Source: Haliotis rufescens
Lineage: Eukaryota
DNA: 64,000 bases
Direction: 5' to 3'
NCBI RefSeq assembly: GCF_023055435.1
Contig: NW_025963804.1
Location: 62,001 to 126,000, forward strand
This document shows, in pieces, positions 36,710 to 50,384 of this stretch. Under the pieces are notes generated by a model that saw only the letters and a program-made list of their open reading frames with translations, did no database searches and was not told the DNA's origin. A program made the translations under genes and the position numbers. How positions within the stretch are numbered: the stretch's first letter is position 1; every line of letters begins with the position of its first letter.

Positions 36710-37293
36710 CACCGGATGTGGTGATGTGTACGGACCTTACTCTTTAAGGTTTAAAAATAGATTTATCGTAAATTTAAAACAAAACTGTTTCAAGTTTTCC
36801 CCCCAACTCTCAATATGACTGTTGATGAACCGTTACCGACCGGTTTATACAGACGCTCACAGTATTGACAACTGGTTTCAGTGAACTCGGTTCTATAACA
36901 TTTGTAGACCACGTTATATAATACATGTTGGATATATTTTGCGAATAAACTTTCATTTGTATTATTGGGTTAACGTTAATATCTACAATACCGAAACATA
37001 TCAAGCACTTAAAAAGAGTTCATTGTTCTATACAGTTATGGGGAATGAGAACTCCATTGTCGTAACTCTCAGTTCTATGAAATACATTGTAAGGGACAAT
37101 CTCGCGATCCTGACTTTTGGAAACACGTTAAATATGTAAAAATTGTGAGGATTTGGCCAAATCTTCTTTCTCGCATATTTTGTATAATTATATTTAGCGT
37201 GTTTCTGTGGGTCATGAATGTCCCTTACAATATTCCATACAAATGCTTTCCGACGCCTGTCAGCCGTGTGTTACATAATGTGTTACTTAAACA

Positions 37294-37462
37294 TGAGTGA
37301 GTGAGTGAGTATGATTTTACGCCGCTTTTAGCAATATTCCAGCAATATCACGGCGTGGGACACCAGAAATGGGCTTCACACATTGTACCCATGTCTGGCA
37401 TCGAACCCGGATCTTCGACGTGACGAGCAAACGCTTAAACCACTAGGTTACCAGACCGCCCC
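37294..37462 (-). mobile_element. SINE family 1
   Basis: TSD ACTTAAACATGA; empty sites at ~6612, 27448 and 46909. Confidence 0.85.
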
Positions 37463-38642
37463 ACTTAAACATGAACATAAACATAAACTATATATAAGTA
37501 CATAGTTACGAGGAAGGTAAAGGCTGTCTTGATATTGAGTGGTTAAAGCGTTCGCTCGCGTCACGCCGAAGACCCGGGTCCGTTTCCCGACATAGGTACA
37601 ATGTGTGAAGCCCATGTCTGGAATATTGCTAAAAGCAGCGTAAAACCAAACTCACTCTCTCATTTATAGAACTGTGCGCCGCTCTTTAAAGCGACGATTA
37701 ACGATACTGATTCTCTTTTAGCAACCTAGACTTTTTATAGCCACCTCAATACAGTGAATCTACCAGCTGCAAACGTTATTCTGTATTTTGCTTATTCAGC
37801 ACATGCCACAGGATTTTTGTGACGAACTTACTAAAAGAAATTATTTGAACTTGCTCCATATAGAAAAGCTTAGGCGCCCTCAACAAAAAAGTTATCTGGT
37901 GTGCGATTAAACGTGCATGTTGTCTTGTATAAACAATTATATTTACCCTAATTTGTGACAAAATCTGACAAAAAGAGCGTATGCTCGCGTATATGATAAG
38001 TTTCTGAATTATGTATGTCGATTTTGAAAGTTCTTTTTTTTCAATTTCTATATTTATCAAGTAACAAATTAACTCACAAAATCAAATTCAACATGATTTG
38101 ACCCACAAACTTGGAATGATTCCAGCATATACCAATATAAAACTGCACAGCAATTACAGGTGTTTCCTTTGGCAACGAGCCAGGGGCGTTTCCGTTTAAA
38201 TTGTTGCTCAAATGCATGAGTCATGTGTTCGATAATAGTACACTGAGGTTCTAGGAAGTCGTTTTGTATGTGCGTTTTATTGTGAACAAGAGGCGATGCA
38301 TTTCAACACAATTCACTGTTACGCCTTTGAAAGACAGCAAGGGAACATCCTACTTCTACTTTCGTTTTTCCATTTACCATCACATAATCTGTGTACTGGT
38401 GTAAACAAATTCTATATATGGCATGTAATATATCTACACATCTAACTCGCTATAAAATAAACTACGGTTATAACGAACTCAAAGGGGCTACTTTTTTTAG
38501 TTCGTTATAACCGTAGTTCGTAATAAGCATATATACAACAAATGGCCGTGACCAAAAAAATAAGTTCATTATATCCGTCAGTTCGTTATAAGCGTGTTCG
38601 TTATAAACGTCGTTTACTGTATATCTTATTTGTCCACTGCAG

Positions 38643-38839
38643 CCGGTGTACGAGCAGGACTGCAGGACATGTGACACCCCTGTCTGCCCATCCGTGTAGA
38701 GAAGCTCATCTGCTCCGTATGCAACGAAAGGGATTGCATATGTACTGAATTTGGCGAAAGAGAGAGGAACATCGACCCCAGCAAAGCACACCGATCTGAC
38801 CTCTGTCACAAGTGCCAGTTAGGCTACCCCTGTCGGTAG
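38643..38839 (+). pseudogene. ZAR1-like type B, exon 2 only, frameshifted
   Basis: 1-nt deletion in the C-run versus the 29616 exon; exon 1 lost at a junction near 37535. Confidence 0.8.
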
Positions 38840-40524
38840 ACAGACCTCCATATATGTGATCTATGAAGTGAACTTCTGTAGTATGCTTGATAGTACGGCA
38901 CAGTACTTGGTGTTATTTACATGTTACAGGTACTGATTTACAAAAAATGAGGGGACAAAGCACAATATCGGAGAATATCATTTACTGCTGTTTCAAATAA
39001 AAGAACGACATGCTATAAGTTATGATACTGAAATTCACGCTTCTAGTGTATTGAATACATTCCAAATAATGTCTGTTTCCAGGACCTCTACAAAATATAC
39101 CTTTTCTACCTACGCTTCATTACCCAACAAGACCTTGTTTCTGTGTAATATCATTCCATGATTAAATCTTAAAATACACAATGGCTATTTCTTTGCTTTT
39201 AACGAACACGACATCGTCATCACCATTATTCCAGTATTGTGTGGATCTTGTTTGAGCAAGGGCTTGTGTTAGTGAGTGAGTGGGTTGATGCCGCTTTGAA
39301 CAGCATTTTACTTATACCGCGGCTTGATTTTGGAGAAAAGCTCGTTTGGCGTTAAATACTCTGGTGAAAAAATCACGGATACTAAGGGTCACTACCGGCC
39401 AGTGTACACAGATGCTCAGTGTTGACGACTAATATCGGCCCTTTCATACTTTGTAGCCCTCCTTATGTAAATACATGTAGGATATGTTTGACAAATATAC
39501 CTTCATTTGTAGCGTTACTTATATATCTGATATTTACTTTGTACACAGTGGTTTCTGCTGAGTAGTATGATCTCCGTTATCTGTCTTCAAGATACACCGG
39601 GTGGGGCTGGGGTGGGGATGTGGGGACGGGTGGCCCAGTCGTCTAAGACGCCGCGATTCGCTGTGCAGAGTTGCGTCCCTTGGGCACGCCAGAAACCGAT
39701 GATTGAGGGTTCGAATCCCGGTTCGCCCCGATTTTGTTTCTAGGTTTGTCAGCACCATACCCGTGCTCGTGGGTTTCACCGAAGTGGTAAACGTCTGAGA
39801 CCTTCATCACTCCGGCCTTCTTCCCACATTAAGCTGACACGCCGCGATATAACTGGAATAATGTTAAAAGCGGCGTTAAATCCAACTCACTCACTGTCTC
39901 ACTCAAGATACACCATCCCCAGTCTCTCTGCATGAAGACCAGCACTGAGCCTGTTAATGGAATGTCATTTTGTTACTTGAAGCTCCACAATCTCTGCTAT
40001 CCGAGCACATTCTGACCACTGGAGGGTTTAGTATAGAGAGAGAAATATCGGACACGGTTCTGTACAAAGTCATGCCTTCCAATGAGTGAGTGAGTATGGT
40101 TTTACGCCGCTTTTAGTGAGTGAGTGAGTTAAATTTTAACGTTACATCGGCAATATTTAAGCCATAACGTGACGAGACAAAATTTGACATTAATGATATA
40201 TGTTTAAACAATATTAAAATTCTCTCGTCGAAGGACAGTTTAATAACTAGATTATCACAGATTTACGTAAAACTGTTTTGAGAGCATGTAAAAATGAATT
40301 AGGATTCACCAATACGAGATAAAAAACGGGCTAAAAGATAAAAACGAATCACCACACTAGGGACCATGGGGACTTGTACTTTGCTACCTGCATGGACCCA
40401 AGAAGGATTTACATCATACCTTGAGTTGTTGGCGATGATTGACAACATAGACAAACAACAATTAATACAACACATACGTATTCTACGATTTAAAAAAACA
40501 TGGCAGAAATAAATATACTTTATT

Positions 40525-41888
40525 AATCAGCATCAGCCATTGTGTTACCAACGATTCCAACATGGCTGGATTACCAACAAAAACGATGTTGTATTGGCTC
40601 GTAGAAAGAACATTTAATAATTCAATAATTACAAGTGGATGTGTTTAATTGCCTGAAGACAAGAAAGAGAATTTGAAAATATGATAAATTGTTTATATTT
40701 AGATTGTTTACTAATGAACTCTAGCGCTGTTAATATTGCTTTTGATTCGGCCGTAAAATGGAACAGTTATCCGGAAGTCTGGAGATGTAGTCCTGGATTC
40801 GATGATGGTGGCGCTGGCAACTGTGTCACAGTCCTTGGATCCATCTGTAAATATAGATGTGAAAGTATCACATTTGTTTCTTAATTGATTATACTCTTGT
40901 TGATAAATACGTTGATTTGTATCCATGGTGGAGAAGACAAAATTTGGGTTGTGGCTATATTTTCAAGTGTTATTTTAGCAGCAGAAATATGATAATTTTA
41001 TTCTTATACCAAGGAGCTGAGTAAGAGATGATTTTGTATGATAGAGATCGTTACAGAGAGGATTAAACACAATCGAAAGCTGGATTGGAGTCATTAGTGT
41101 AATGTAAAGACAATTTAATTCGACGTTGCTTTAGTGACGGTTCATCAGCCTTGGGCATTTGATTTCTGTTCCACTTTTTTCTTTCTGTTTTTGTTAATTT
41201 TCGGTGATGCGAGGTCAGAGGTGATGCTTCTGAATGATTCTCAGAAATAGTCGGTCGAAGGACAGACGAAGTTTGGACAGGTTGATCAGATCTGACCCTT
41301 GTCAAATCAGTCTGACACCGGACAGATGAAGTTTGAACAGGACGGATGAGTGCAACAGAGTAATTCATAACTGAAGGAGTTGTGGCTTGACAAGCTGTTT
41401 AGCATCTGCAAATAAAATGTTTCTTTCCGCACTTTATTTTCATAATTTTGGTTTCTGTTTGCCAAGTAGGGCATGATTTAGAAGATGCCATGTGTTAGCC
41501 ACCACAGTTGGAACATTTGACGTCTTCATGACAATCCATGCCCTCATGGTTGGCACCACAACGCTGACAAACCACGGGGCGAGTACAGGTTTTTGAACCA
41601 TGTCCATACTTTTGGCGTCTATAGCACCGGAGTGGATTGGGGATATACACATCCACCCCGATGTTAACATAACCAGCTTTAGTTGATTGTGGAACTGAAG
41701 CACGGGCAAAAGTGAATAGATAAGTTTTGTTAGAACAATGTTTGATTTTTCATCTTTGCGAGTAAAACGTTTGATGTTTACTTATTGAACAACTTGATTC
41801 TTAAGGTCAGATACAATTTCCTCTTCTGAACATATCCGCCTAGGAACGAGTCCAGTCACTAACAATGCCACGAGAAGAGTGTGTTCTG
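40525..41888 (-). mobile_element. I-clade LINE remnant (duplicate)
   Basis: Near-identical to 8230-9597. Confidence 0.8.
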
Positions 41889-44183
41889 TGGCCCAATCTA
41901 TTGATCTTGTAGAGTGTTTGAATGATTATTGATTGTGATTGTAACAAATAGGGCTTGACTGACACCTCGGCCTGTAATCAGCTATTGTAGGGAATCAATG
42001 ATAGGCTTACAGATCAGTCGTCTCACGTCCTTGAGAGGGAGATTGAAGCGGACAGAGGGTGGATCACCCTGATTTTGACCCAGTATTGATACAGGTCCGG
42101 TGGATCAACAGTATGGTAATATATTGGTGAGGCCGGGTTGATGAATGATTATGTGACCCAGTATTAGTTTGTTTATTTGTTTAACGCTGCACTCAGCAAT
42201 ATTCCAGCTATATGACGGCGGTCTGTAAATAATCGAGTCTGGACCAGACAATCCAGTGATTGACACCATAAGCATCGATCCACGCAATTGGGATACGATG
42301 ACATGCATCAACCAAGTCAGCGAGCCTGACCACCCGATCCCGTTAGTCGCTTCTTAAGACAAGCATAGTCGCCTTTTACAGCAAGCATGGATTGCTGAAG
42401 ATCTATTCTGCCCCGGATCTTCACGGGTCGACTCAGTACTAAAAAAGATCGGTTAGATCACTTAGTATGATCTTAAACATATTTCACTAACATTAAAAGG
42501 TCAAGAGGATTGGGCAAAAGTCGCCAACTTACAATGCCCTTTCCATGAACATTTATACAGTGTATGCATAACTGTAAAAATGTCACCCAGTATGTGACTC
42601 AGTATTGTTTGGCCCGGTGTTGATAAAAGTCGGGTGGGTCATCCCTAATGTGACCCGGCATTGATAAAAGTCGGGTGGATCATCCTTAATGTGACCCGGT
42701 GTTGATAAAAGTAGGGTGGATCATCCTGTATTGGCCCGATGTTGATATAAGTCGGGTGGGTCATCCTTTATTTGACTCATTGTTGATAAATGTTAGCAAA
42801 GGATTACACAAACAGAATACACCAAACCTGCTTAATATTCATTCATTCAATTGTACATGCATATGCGACGGTGAAATAACTTCACAGGTCAACAGATAAA
42901 ACAGTTTCACACCGGTGACCATCAGCTGACTGTCTTGTCACCTTTCACAATTAAACTGTAATGACCGCCCTGGCTCCACTCGTCCATCTTACATCGCTAA
43001 TGTGGTTCACTCGAGTGTCGTATCTCCACAAAGACACGGAGACTTCCTTTAAGTTCCCAGTGAATAGTCGCGCGTGTGATATACAGCGCCACACCAGCTA
43101 GGGAGGGTTATATCTCTTCCCTGGTCACCTAGCACCCCCGGGACACGGTTCGCGGCGCCTCAGACGACTGGGCCACCCGTGCCCCCTGTCACAGATGACC
43201 AACTGTTGACATCGATATATGTTATCGCGCATCCACATACCACGTAAGCAGAGTGTCAGGTGTTATTCTATCCCGGTGTCTGGCGTATGCCAACTGTCTG
43301 TCTTGATGTTGTGCAACAAAACACCCGTCTCTTATAGCCATGCCCTGTACTGTTGTATATGACTCTGCTGAAATTCGAGAAGAATGTCTCGTGATAAGGT
43401 GGGCGTGGTAACTCGTCTTTCTACAGTATACCGTTACGTTTACCAGTCACATAATCTGATTTGGTCATTGCCAAGATAAGCTGTATGTGTTACATAATAT
43501 ATGGTGTAATCTTCCCATTTAAAACATACTGTTTGCTGCCTTTCTTAATGACGTCATAATCCCATCGCTGTTTTCTGAAAAATGTAAACAGGCATATAAA
43601 TTTATTCTATATTTATTAGGGATTAATAGGTGTCTCAATGATTCAGAGTTGCGTCCCTTAGGCATGAGAGGCAACGATGATCGTGGGTTTATCAGAGCCA
43701 AATCCGTGCTCCGTGGTAAAAATCTTGACCAGTATTATTTCAGTATTTCACCACATGAAGCCTTTTCGTTTTGTTTGTTTGTTTGTTGTTTAACGCCCCA
43801 CTCGGCAATATTCCAGCTATATGACGGCGGTCTGTAAATAATCGAGTCTGGACGTGACAATCCAGTGATTGATTTCATGAGCATCTTTCCACGCAATTGG
43901 GATGCGATGACATACATCAACCAAGTCAGTGAGCCTGACCACCCGATCACGTTAGTCGTCTCATGATATATGTATACTGTAATGTATACAGTTCAAAGTC
44001 TACAGTCTACTGTATACAGTTAAACATCTCACTCCCCCATTTATGTATCATATAAACTAATAAGAAATGTAAATGTTTTCCGAGAAACTGTCACATACAC
44101 GTATATATTACTGTGAGGAGCCAACAACGTGTCAGCTCTTTTCTACATATCCGCCATCGTGCTGCTGTTGTCTGCTGTCCATG

Positions 44184-44978
44184 ATGTCTGACCGACGCTA
44201 TGGCTACTTCCGCTGCCCTAAGTGTAACGCCCACTGGGAGAGTTCCCATGTTTACTGCCACGGTTTCAAGGTAGGTGGTTGGTGGTTATAGAGTCTCTCT
44301 TTCAGACCCCTGAATATATATTTACTGATAAAATATTCACCCAACCCGTCCAGACCCTTCTCAGATCCAGCACCCTATAGATCCCTTTTCAGATATGAAA
44401 TTCAGAAATATGGTTCCTATATAGACTTGTTTTTATTTAACCCCATACAGGACAGGGGCTTTTTTTAATCTAGCGGTTGGAGTTAGTCACTGCTGGGGTA
44501 GCCCAGTACTTAATGTGTCCGGTCGTTCGACTCCCTGCACTGCTCATGGGTTTAAAGTCTGGGTAAATTAACATATCGTTTCAACAAAATCAGTTAATAG
44601 TAGTTGCGATTGTATCTTAGACATTTATCAAAATGAGATGCCATGTGTTGATATTTCTAAATGATACACGGAATTTCGGATATATGAAAATAACTAAGGG
44701 TGTGTGATAAACTGTTTGTGACAGTGAAGGAAAGTGCATGTGAACATGCAGTATATCTGTATGTGTTATCTCTACAGGCTGTGTACGAACAGGACTGCAA
44801 GTCGTGTAAAATAGGCTGCCTCCCATATGGGGTAAAGAAGATGAACTGTTCCGTGTGCAGTAGTGCAGCGTGCACATGCACCACTGAAGACCGCAAGAAA
44901 AGGAATATTGATGTAATCAAACCTCACAGGTCTGACCTGTGTCACAAGTGCAGGTCTGGGAGACCGTGCATATACTGA
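44184..44978 (+). CDS. ZAR1-like zinc-finger protein, type A copy 3 (diverged exon 2)
   Basis: Exons 44184-44270 and 44778-44978; intact, all Cys retained. Confidence 0.88.
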
Positions 44979-47180
44979 GGGTGCAGCATTGCACTGAAAG
45001 TTGACTGCCTACAGCACCAGACATTAAGGATTGCCTATCTCTCCATAGATAGATGGTAATAATGATGATGATGACGAAAATTCTTTGATAATTGAAATGT
45101 CTGACAAAACCTAAACACTATCCTCCAGCTTGTGAGTTTTTATGGGTTTCTTTAGATGTTTGTAAATGCACTGTAAATATAACAATTACCTTTGTCTAAT
45201 TTGCTTTTAATCCGTACGACACTTGGTTTTTGTAACGAATTTACCCAATGAAATGATTGAATTATATAATAAAACTGCAGGGCAAACACAAAATGATATT
45301 TACTTTGGCAGGTTACCAGACAATTGAGCTCTGTTCAACAGATTTATTTTTAAAAGTTGCGTCATTTGTTTGAGAACCGCACCGTGACGTTCATGGAAGT
45401 CGTTTTAGTATGTGTGTATTATTGTAAACAAGAGGCCATATACATCCATACTATTCAAAATCACTCCACTGAAAGGCATCAAGGGAAATCCTACTTCTAG
45501 TTTCGTTCTCCATCTGTTAGTCACACATAATCTGTATATGGGTGTAAACAAACTCCATATTTGGCATGTAACAGATCAATATCATTCCTTGAATACGACA
45601 CTCAGACATGGGCAGTTTGCCAGGGTGTCTTGTAAAGGGAGATAACCATGGTTGCTGTTGTTCAGGTGGGCGTAAATGGACCTTAGTTCTAAAAATACCA
45701 CGTACCTGCATACTGATGTCATATCTATCCATGCAGTTTATATAAATAAAACATTTCATTGCCATGATTGCTCTCTGTGTTACGTTCCTTAAATATTGTT
45801 TGGGTAACCTAGTGGTTATTGCGTTCGCTCGTCACACAAAAGGTAGGATCCTATATTAGTTTCCATATTTTCATAAACTATTTCTCTATATGAAGTATCA
45901 AACGACGATATTTTTTATTCAGTTGTACATCACCTATATTCGTTATAAACTACATGTGTATCTGGCCAGGTGATGTGAGGCGACCCAAAGTCGTTCCAGG
46001 ATTCTCTGATTGTTGGTTTGAATATCAGATTCTTCCTGATTATGATCCATGGTTTGTACCTATTGTATATTGTACATGTTACACATACTGATGGACAAAA
46101 TTAACGGAACACAGCACAATATCGAAGAATATCATTTACTTCTGTTTCCAATTAAAAAGACATGCAGCAGTTTGTCACTGAGGGTAATTCAGACACTGAT
46201 GCGTTTAACACATTGCCAAATAGTGTCTCCTCATCGTCAGGCACTCTCCGACTTTCAATTGTTCCCCTATATTTGTTCACAGTATATACACACTCCCATT
46301 AGCCTCCGGTTGTCAACTATGTATATGCCTGACTTTTCTAAAGATTGTATAAAATTTAAGAACCCAATGGGGATGCGAAGGGGGAGGGGTTAACTATGAG
46401 ACAGAGAACCATAAACGGAGATGTCCAACTATCAATATGACTGTTGCTTGATGAACCATTACCAACCGGTTTATACAGATGCTAACAGTATTGACAACTG
46501 GTTTCAGTGAACTCGGTTCTATAACTCTTGTAGACCGCGTTATATAAATACATGTTGGATATATTTTGCGAATAAACTTTCATTTGTATTATTGGGTTAA
46601 CGTTAATATCTACAATACCGAAACATATCAAGCACTTAAAAGAGTTCATTGTTCTATACAGTTATGGGGAATGAGAACTCCATTGTCGTAACTCTCAGTT
46701 CTATGAAATACATTGTAAGGGACAATCTCGCGATCCTGACTTTTGGAAACACGTTAAATATGTAAAAAATGTGAGGATTCGGCCAAATCTTCTTTCTCGC
46801 ACATTTTGTATAATTATATTTAGCGTGTTTCTATAGGTCACGAATGTCCCTTACAGTATTCCATACAAATGCTTTCCGACGCATGTCAGCCGTGATACAT
46901 AATGTGTTACTTAAACATGAACATAGGTAGGTCAAGGCTGTCTGAATATTTATTCCCAAACTAATAATGGATTTACGCAGTAGCTCATTGTATAACCTGA
47001 CAATCACATTCGTAGAAATGGCTATTCCAGTTTCACTTTTTCGATTTGGTTTGTCTTCAAATGTTGCGTGTACAGTAAATGATGTTCCAGATGTCAGGTC
47101 AGGTCAGCCAGACTCAGTTCCTGTTCTCGCCTCCGTCACCGTCTACTGTTGTCTAGTATTGTCTGGATCTGCTGTCCAAA

Positions 47181-47261
47181 ATGTCTAACCGACGCTATGG
47201 ATACTTCGAGTGTGATAATTGTGGTTCATCCTGGGAGAGTGCCCATGTCTACTGCGATGGT
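47181..47261 (+). pseudogene. ZAR1-like type B, exon 1 only
   Basis: Same deletion junction as 6879. Confidence 0.8.
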
Positions 47262-48539
47262 AGAGCATGGGCTTGTGTTAGTGAGTGAGTGGGTTGATGC
47301 CGCTTTGAACAGCAATTTACTTATACCGCGGCTTGATTTTGGAGAAAAGCTCGTTTGGCGTTAAATACTCTGGTGAAAAAATCACGGATACTAAGGGTCA
47401 CTACCGGCCAGTGTACACAGATGCTCAGTGTTGACGACTATTATCGGCCCTTTCATACTTTGTAGCCCTCCTTATGTAAATACATGTAGGATATGTTTGA
47501 CAAATATACCTTCATTTGTAGCGTTACTTATATATCTGATATTTACTTTGTACACAGTGGTTTCTGCTTAGTAATATGATCTCCGTTATCTGTCTTCAAG
47601 ATACACCGGGTGGGGCTGGGGTGGGGATGTGGGGACGAGTGGCCCAGTCGTATAAGACGCCGCGATTCGCTGTGCAGAGTTGCGTCCCTTGGGCACGCCA
47701 GAAACCGATGATTGTGGGTTCGAATCCCGGTTCGCCCCGATTTTGTTTCTAGGTTTGTCAGCACCATACCCGTGCTCGTGGGTTTCACCGAAGTGGTAAA
47801 CGTCTGAGACCTTCATCACTCCGGCCTTCTTCCCACATTAAGCTGACACGCCGCGATATAACTGGAATAATGTTAAAAGCGGCGTTAAATCCAACTCACT
47901 CACTCACTCACTCACTCAAGATACACCATCCCCAGCCCTCTCTGCATGAAGAACAGCACTGAGCCTGTTAATGGAATGTCATTTTGTTACTTGAAGCTCC
48001 ACAATCTCTGCTATCCGAGCACATTCTGACCACTGGATGGTTTAGTATAGAGGGAGAAATATCGGGCACGGTTCTGTACAAAGTCATGCCTTCGAATGAG
48101 TGAGTGAGTATGGTTTTACGCCGCTTTTAGTGAGTGAGTGAGTTAAATTTTAACGTTACATCGGCAATATTTAAGCCATAACGTGACGAGACAAAATTTG
48201 ACATTAATGATATATGTTTAAACAATATTAAAATTCTCTCGTCGAAGGAGAGTTCAATTACCAGATTATCACAGATTTACGTAAAACTGTTTTGAGAGCA
48301 TGTAAAAATGAATTAGGATTCACCAATACGAGATAAAAAACGGGCTAAAAGATAAAAACGAATCACCACACTAGGGACCATGGGGACTTGTACTTTGCTA
48401 CCTGCATGGACCCAAGAAGGATTTACATCATACCTTGAGTTGTTGGCGATGATTGACAACATAGACAAACAACAATTAATACAACACATACGTATTCTAC
48501 GATTTAAAAAAACATGGCAGAAATAAATATACTTTATTA

Positions 48540-49322
48540 ATCAGCATCAGCCATTGTGTTACCAACGATTCCAACATGGCTGGGTTACCAACAAAAACGA
48601 TGTTGTATTGGCTCGTAGAAAGAACATTTAATAATTCAATAATTACAAGTGGATGTGTTTAATTGCCTGAAGACAAGAAAGAGAATTTGAAAATATGATA
48701 AATTGCTTATATTTAGATTGTTTACTAAAGAACTCTAGCGCTGTTAATATTGCTTTTGATTCGGCCGTAAAATGGAACAGTTATCCGGAAGTCTGGAGAT
48801 GTAGTCCTGGATTCGATGATGGTGGCGCTGGCAACTGTGTCACCGTCCTTGGATCCATCTGTAAATATAGATGTGAAAGTATCACATTTGTTTCTTAATT
48901 GATTATACTCTTGTTGATAAATACGTTGATTTGTATCCATGGTGGAGAAGACAAAATCTGGGTTGTGGCTATATTTTCAAGTGTTATTTTAGCAGCAGAA
49001 ATATGATGCTTTATTCTTATACCAAGGAGCTGAGTAAGAGATGATTTTGTATTATAGAGATCGTTACAGAGAGGATTAAACACAATCGAAAGCTGGATTG
49101 GAATCATTAGTGTAATGTAAAGACAATTTAATTCGACGTTGCTTTAGTGACGGTTCATCAGCCTTGGGCATTTGATTTCTGTTCCACTTTTTTCTTTCTG
49201 TTTTTGTTAATTTTCGGTGATGCGAGGTCAGAGGTGATGCTTCTGAATGATTCTCAGAAATAGTCGGTCGAAGGACAGACGAAGTTTGGACAGCTTGATC
49301 AGATCTGACCCTTGTCAAATCA
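48540..49322 (-). mobile_element. I-clade LINE remnant (partial duplicate)
   Basis: RNase H portion, same as 8230-9020. Confidence 0.75.
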
Positions 49323-50384
49323 GGGAAGGGGTTAACTATGAGACAGATTACCATAAACGGAGATATCCAACTATCAATATGACTGTTGCTTGATGAACCA
49401 TTACCGACTAGTTTATACAGATGCTCACAGTATTGACAACTGGTTTCAGTGAACTCGGTTCTATAACATTTGTAGACCGCGTTATATAAATACATGTTGG
49501 ATATATTTTGCGAATAAACTTTCATTTGTATTATTGGGTTAACGTTAATATCTACAATACCGAAACATATCAAGCACTTAAAAGAGTTCATTGTTCTCAT
49601 ACAGTTATGGGGAATGAGAACTGCATTGTCGTAACTCTCAGTTCTACGAAGTACATTGTACGGGACAATCTCGCGATCCTGACTTTTGGAAACACGTTAA
49701 ATATGTAAAAAATGTGAGGATTCGGCAAAATCTTCTTTCTCGCACTCACTCACTCACTCAAGATACACCATCCCCAGCCCTCTCTGCATGAAGAACAGCA
49801 CTGAGCCAGTTAATTTAATGTCATTTGGTTTCTTGAAGCTCCACAATCTCTGCTATCCGAGCACATTCTGACCACTGGAGGGTGTAGTATATAGGGAGAA
49901 ATATCGGACACGGTTCTGTACAAAGTCATGCCTTCGAATGAGTGAGTGAGTATGGTTTTACGCCGCTTTTAGTGAGTGAGTGAGTTAAATTTTAACGTTA
50001 CATCGGCAATATTTAAGCCATGACGTGACGAGACAAAATTTGACATTAATGATATATGTTTAAACAATATTAAAATTCTCTCGTCGAAGGACAGTTTAAT
50101 AACGAGATTATCACAGATTTACGTAAAACTGTTTTGAGACCATGTAAAAATGAATTAGGATTCACCAATACGAGATAAAAAACGGGCTAAAAGATAAAAA
50201 CGAATCACCACACTAGGGACCATGGGGACTTGTACTTTTGCTACCTGCATGGACCCAAGAAGGATTAACATCATACCTTGAGTTGTTGGCGATGATTGAC
50301 AACATAGACAAACAACAATTAATACAACACATACGTATTCTACGATTTAAAAAAACATGGCAGAAATAAATATACTTTATTAAT

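Noticed and set aside
36080-36818. Antisense and alternative-frame ORFs over the 168-bp repeat
   Set aside because: By-products of the repeat; only one frame joins the upstream exon.
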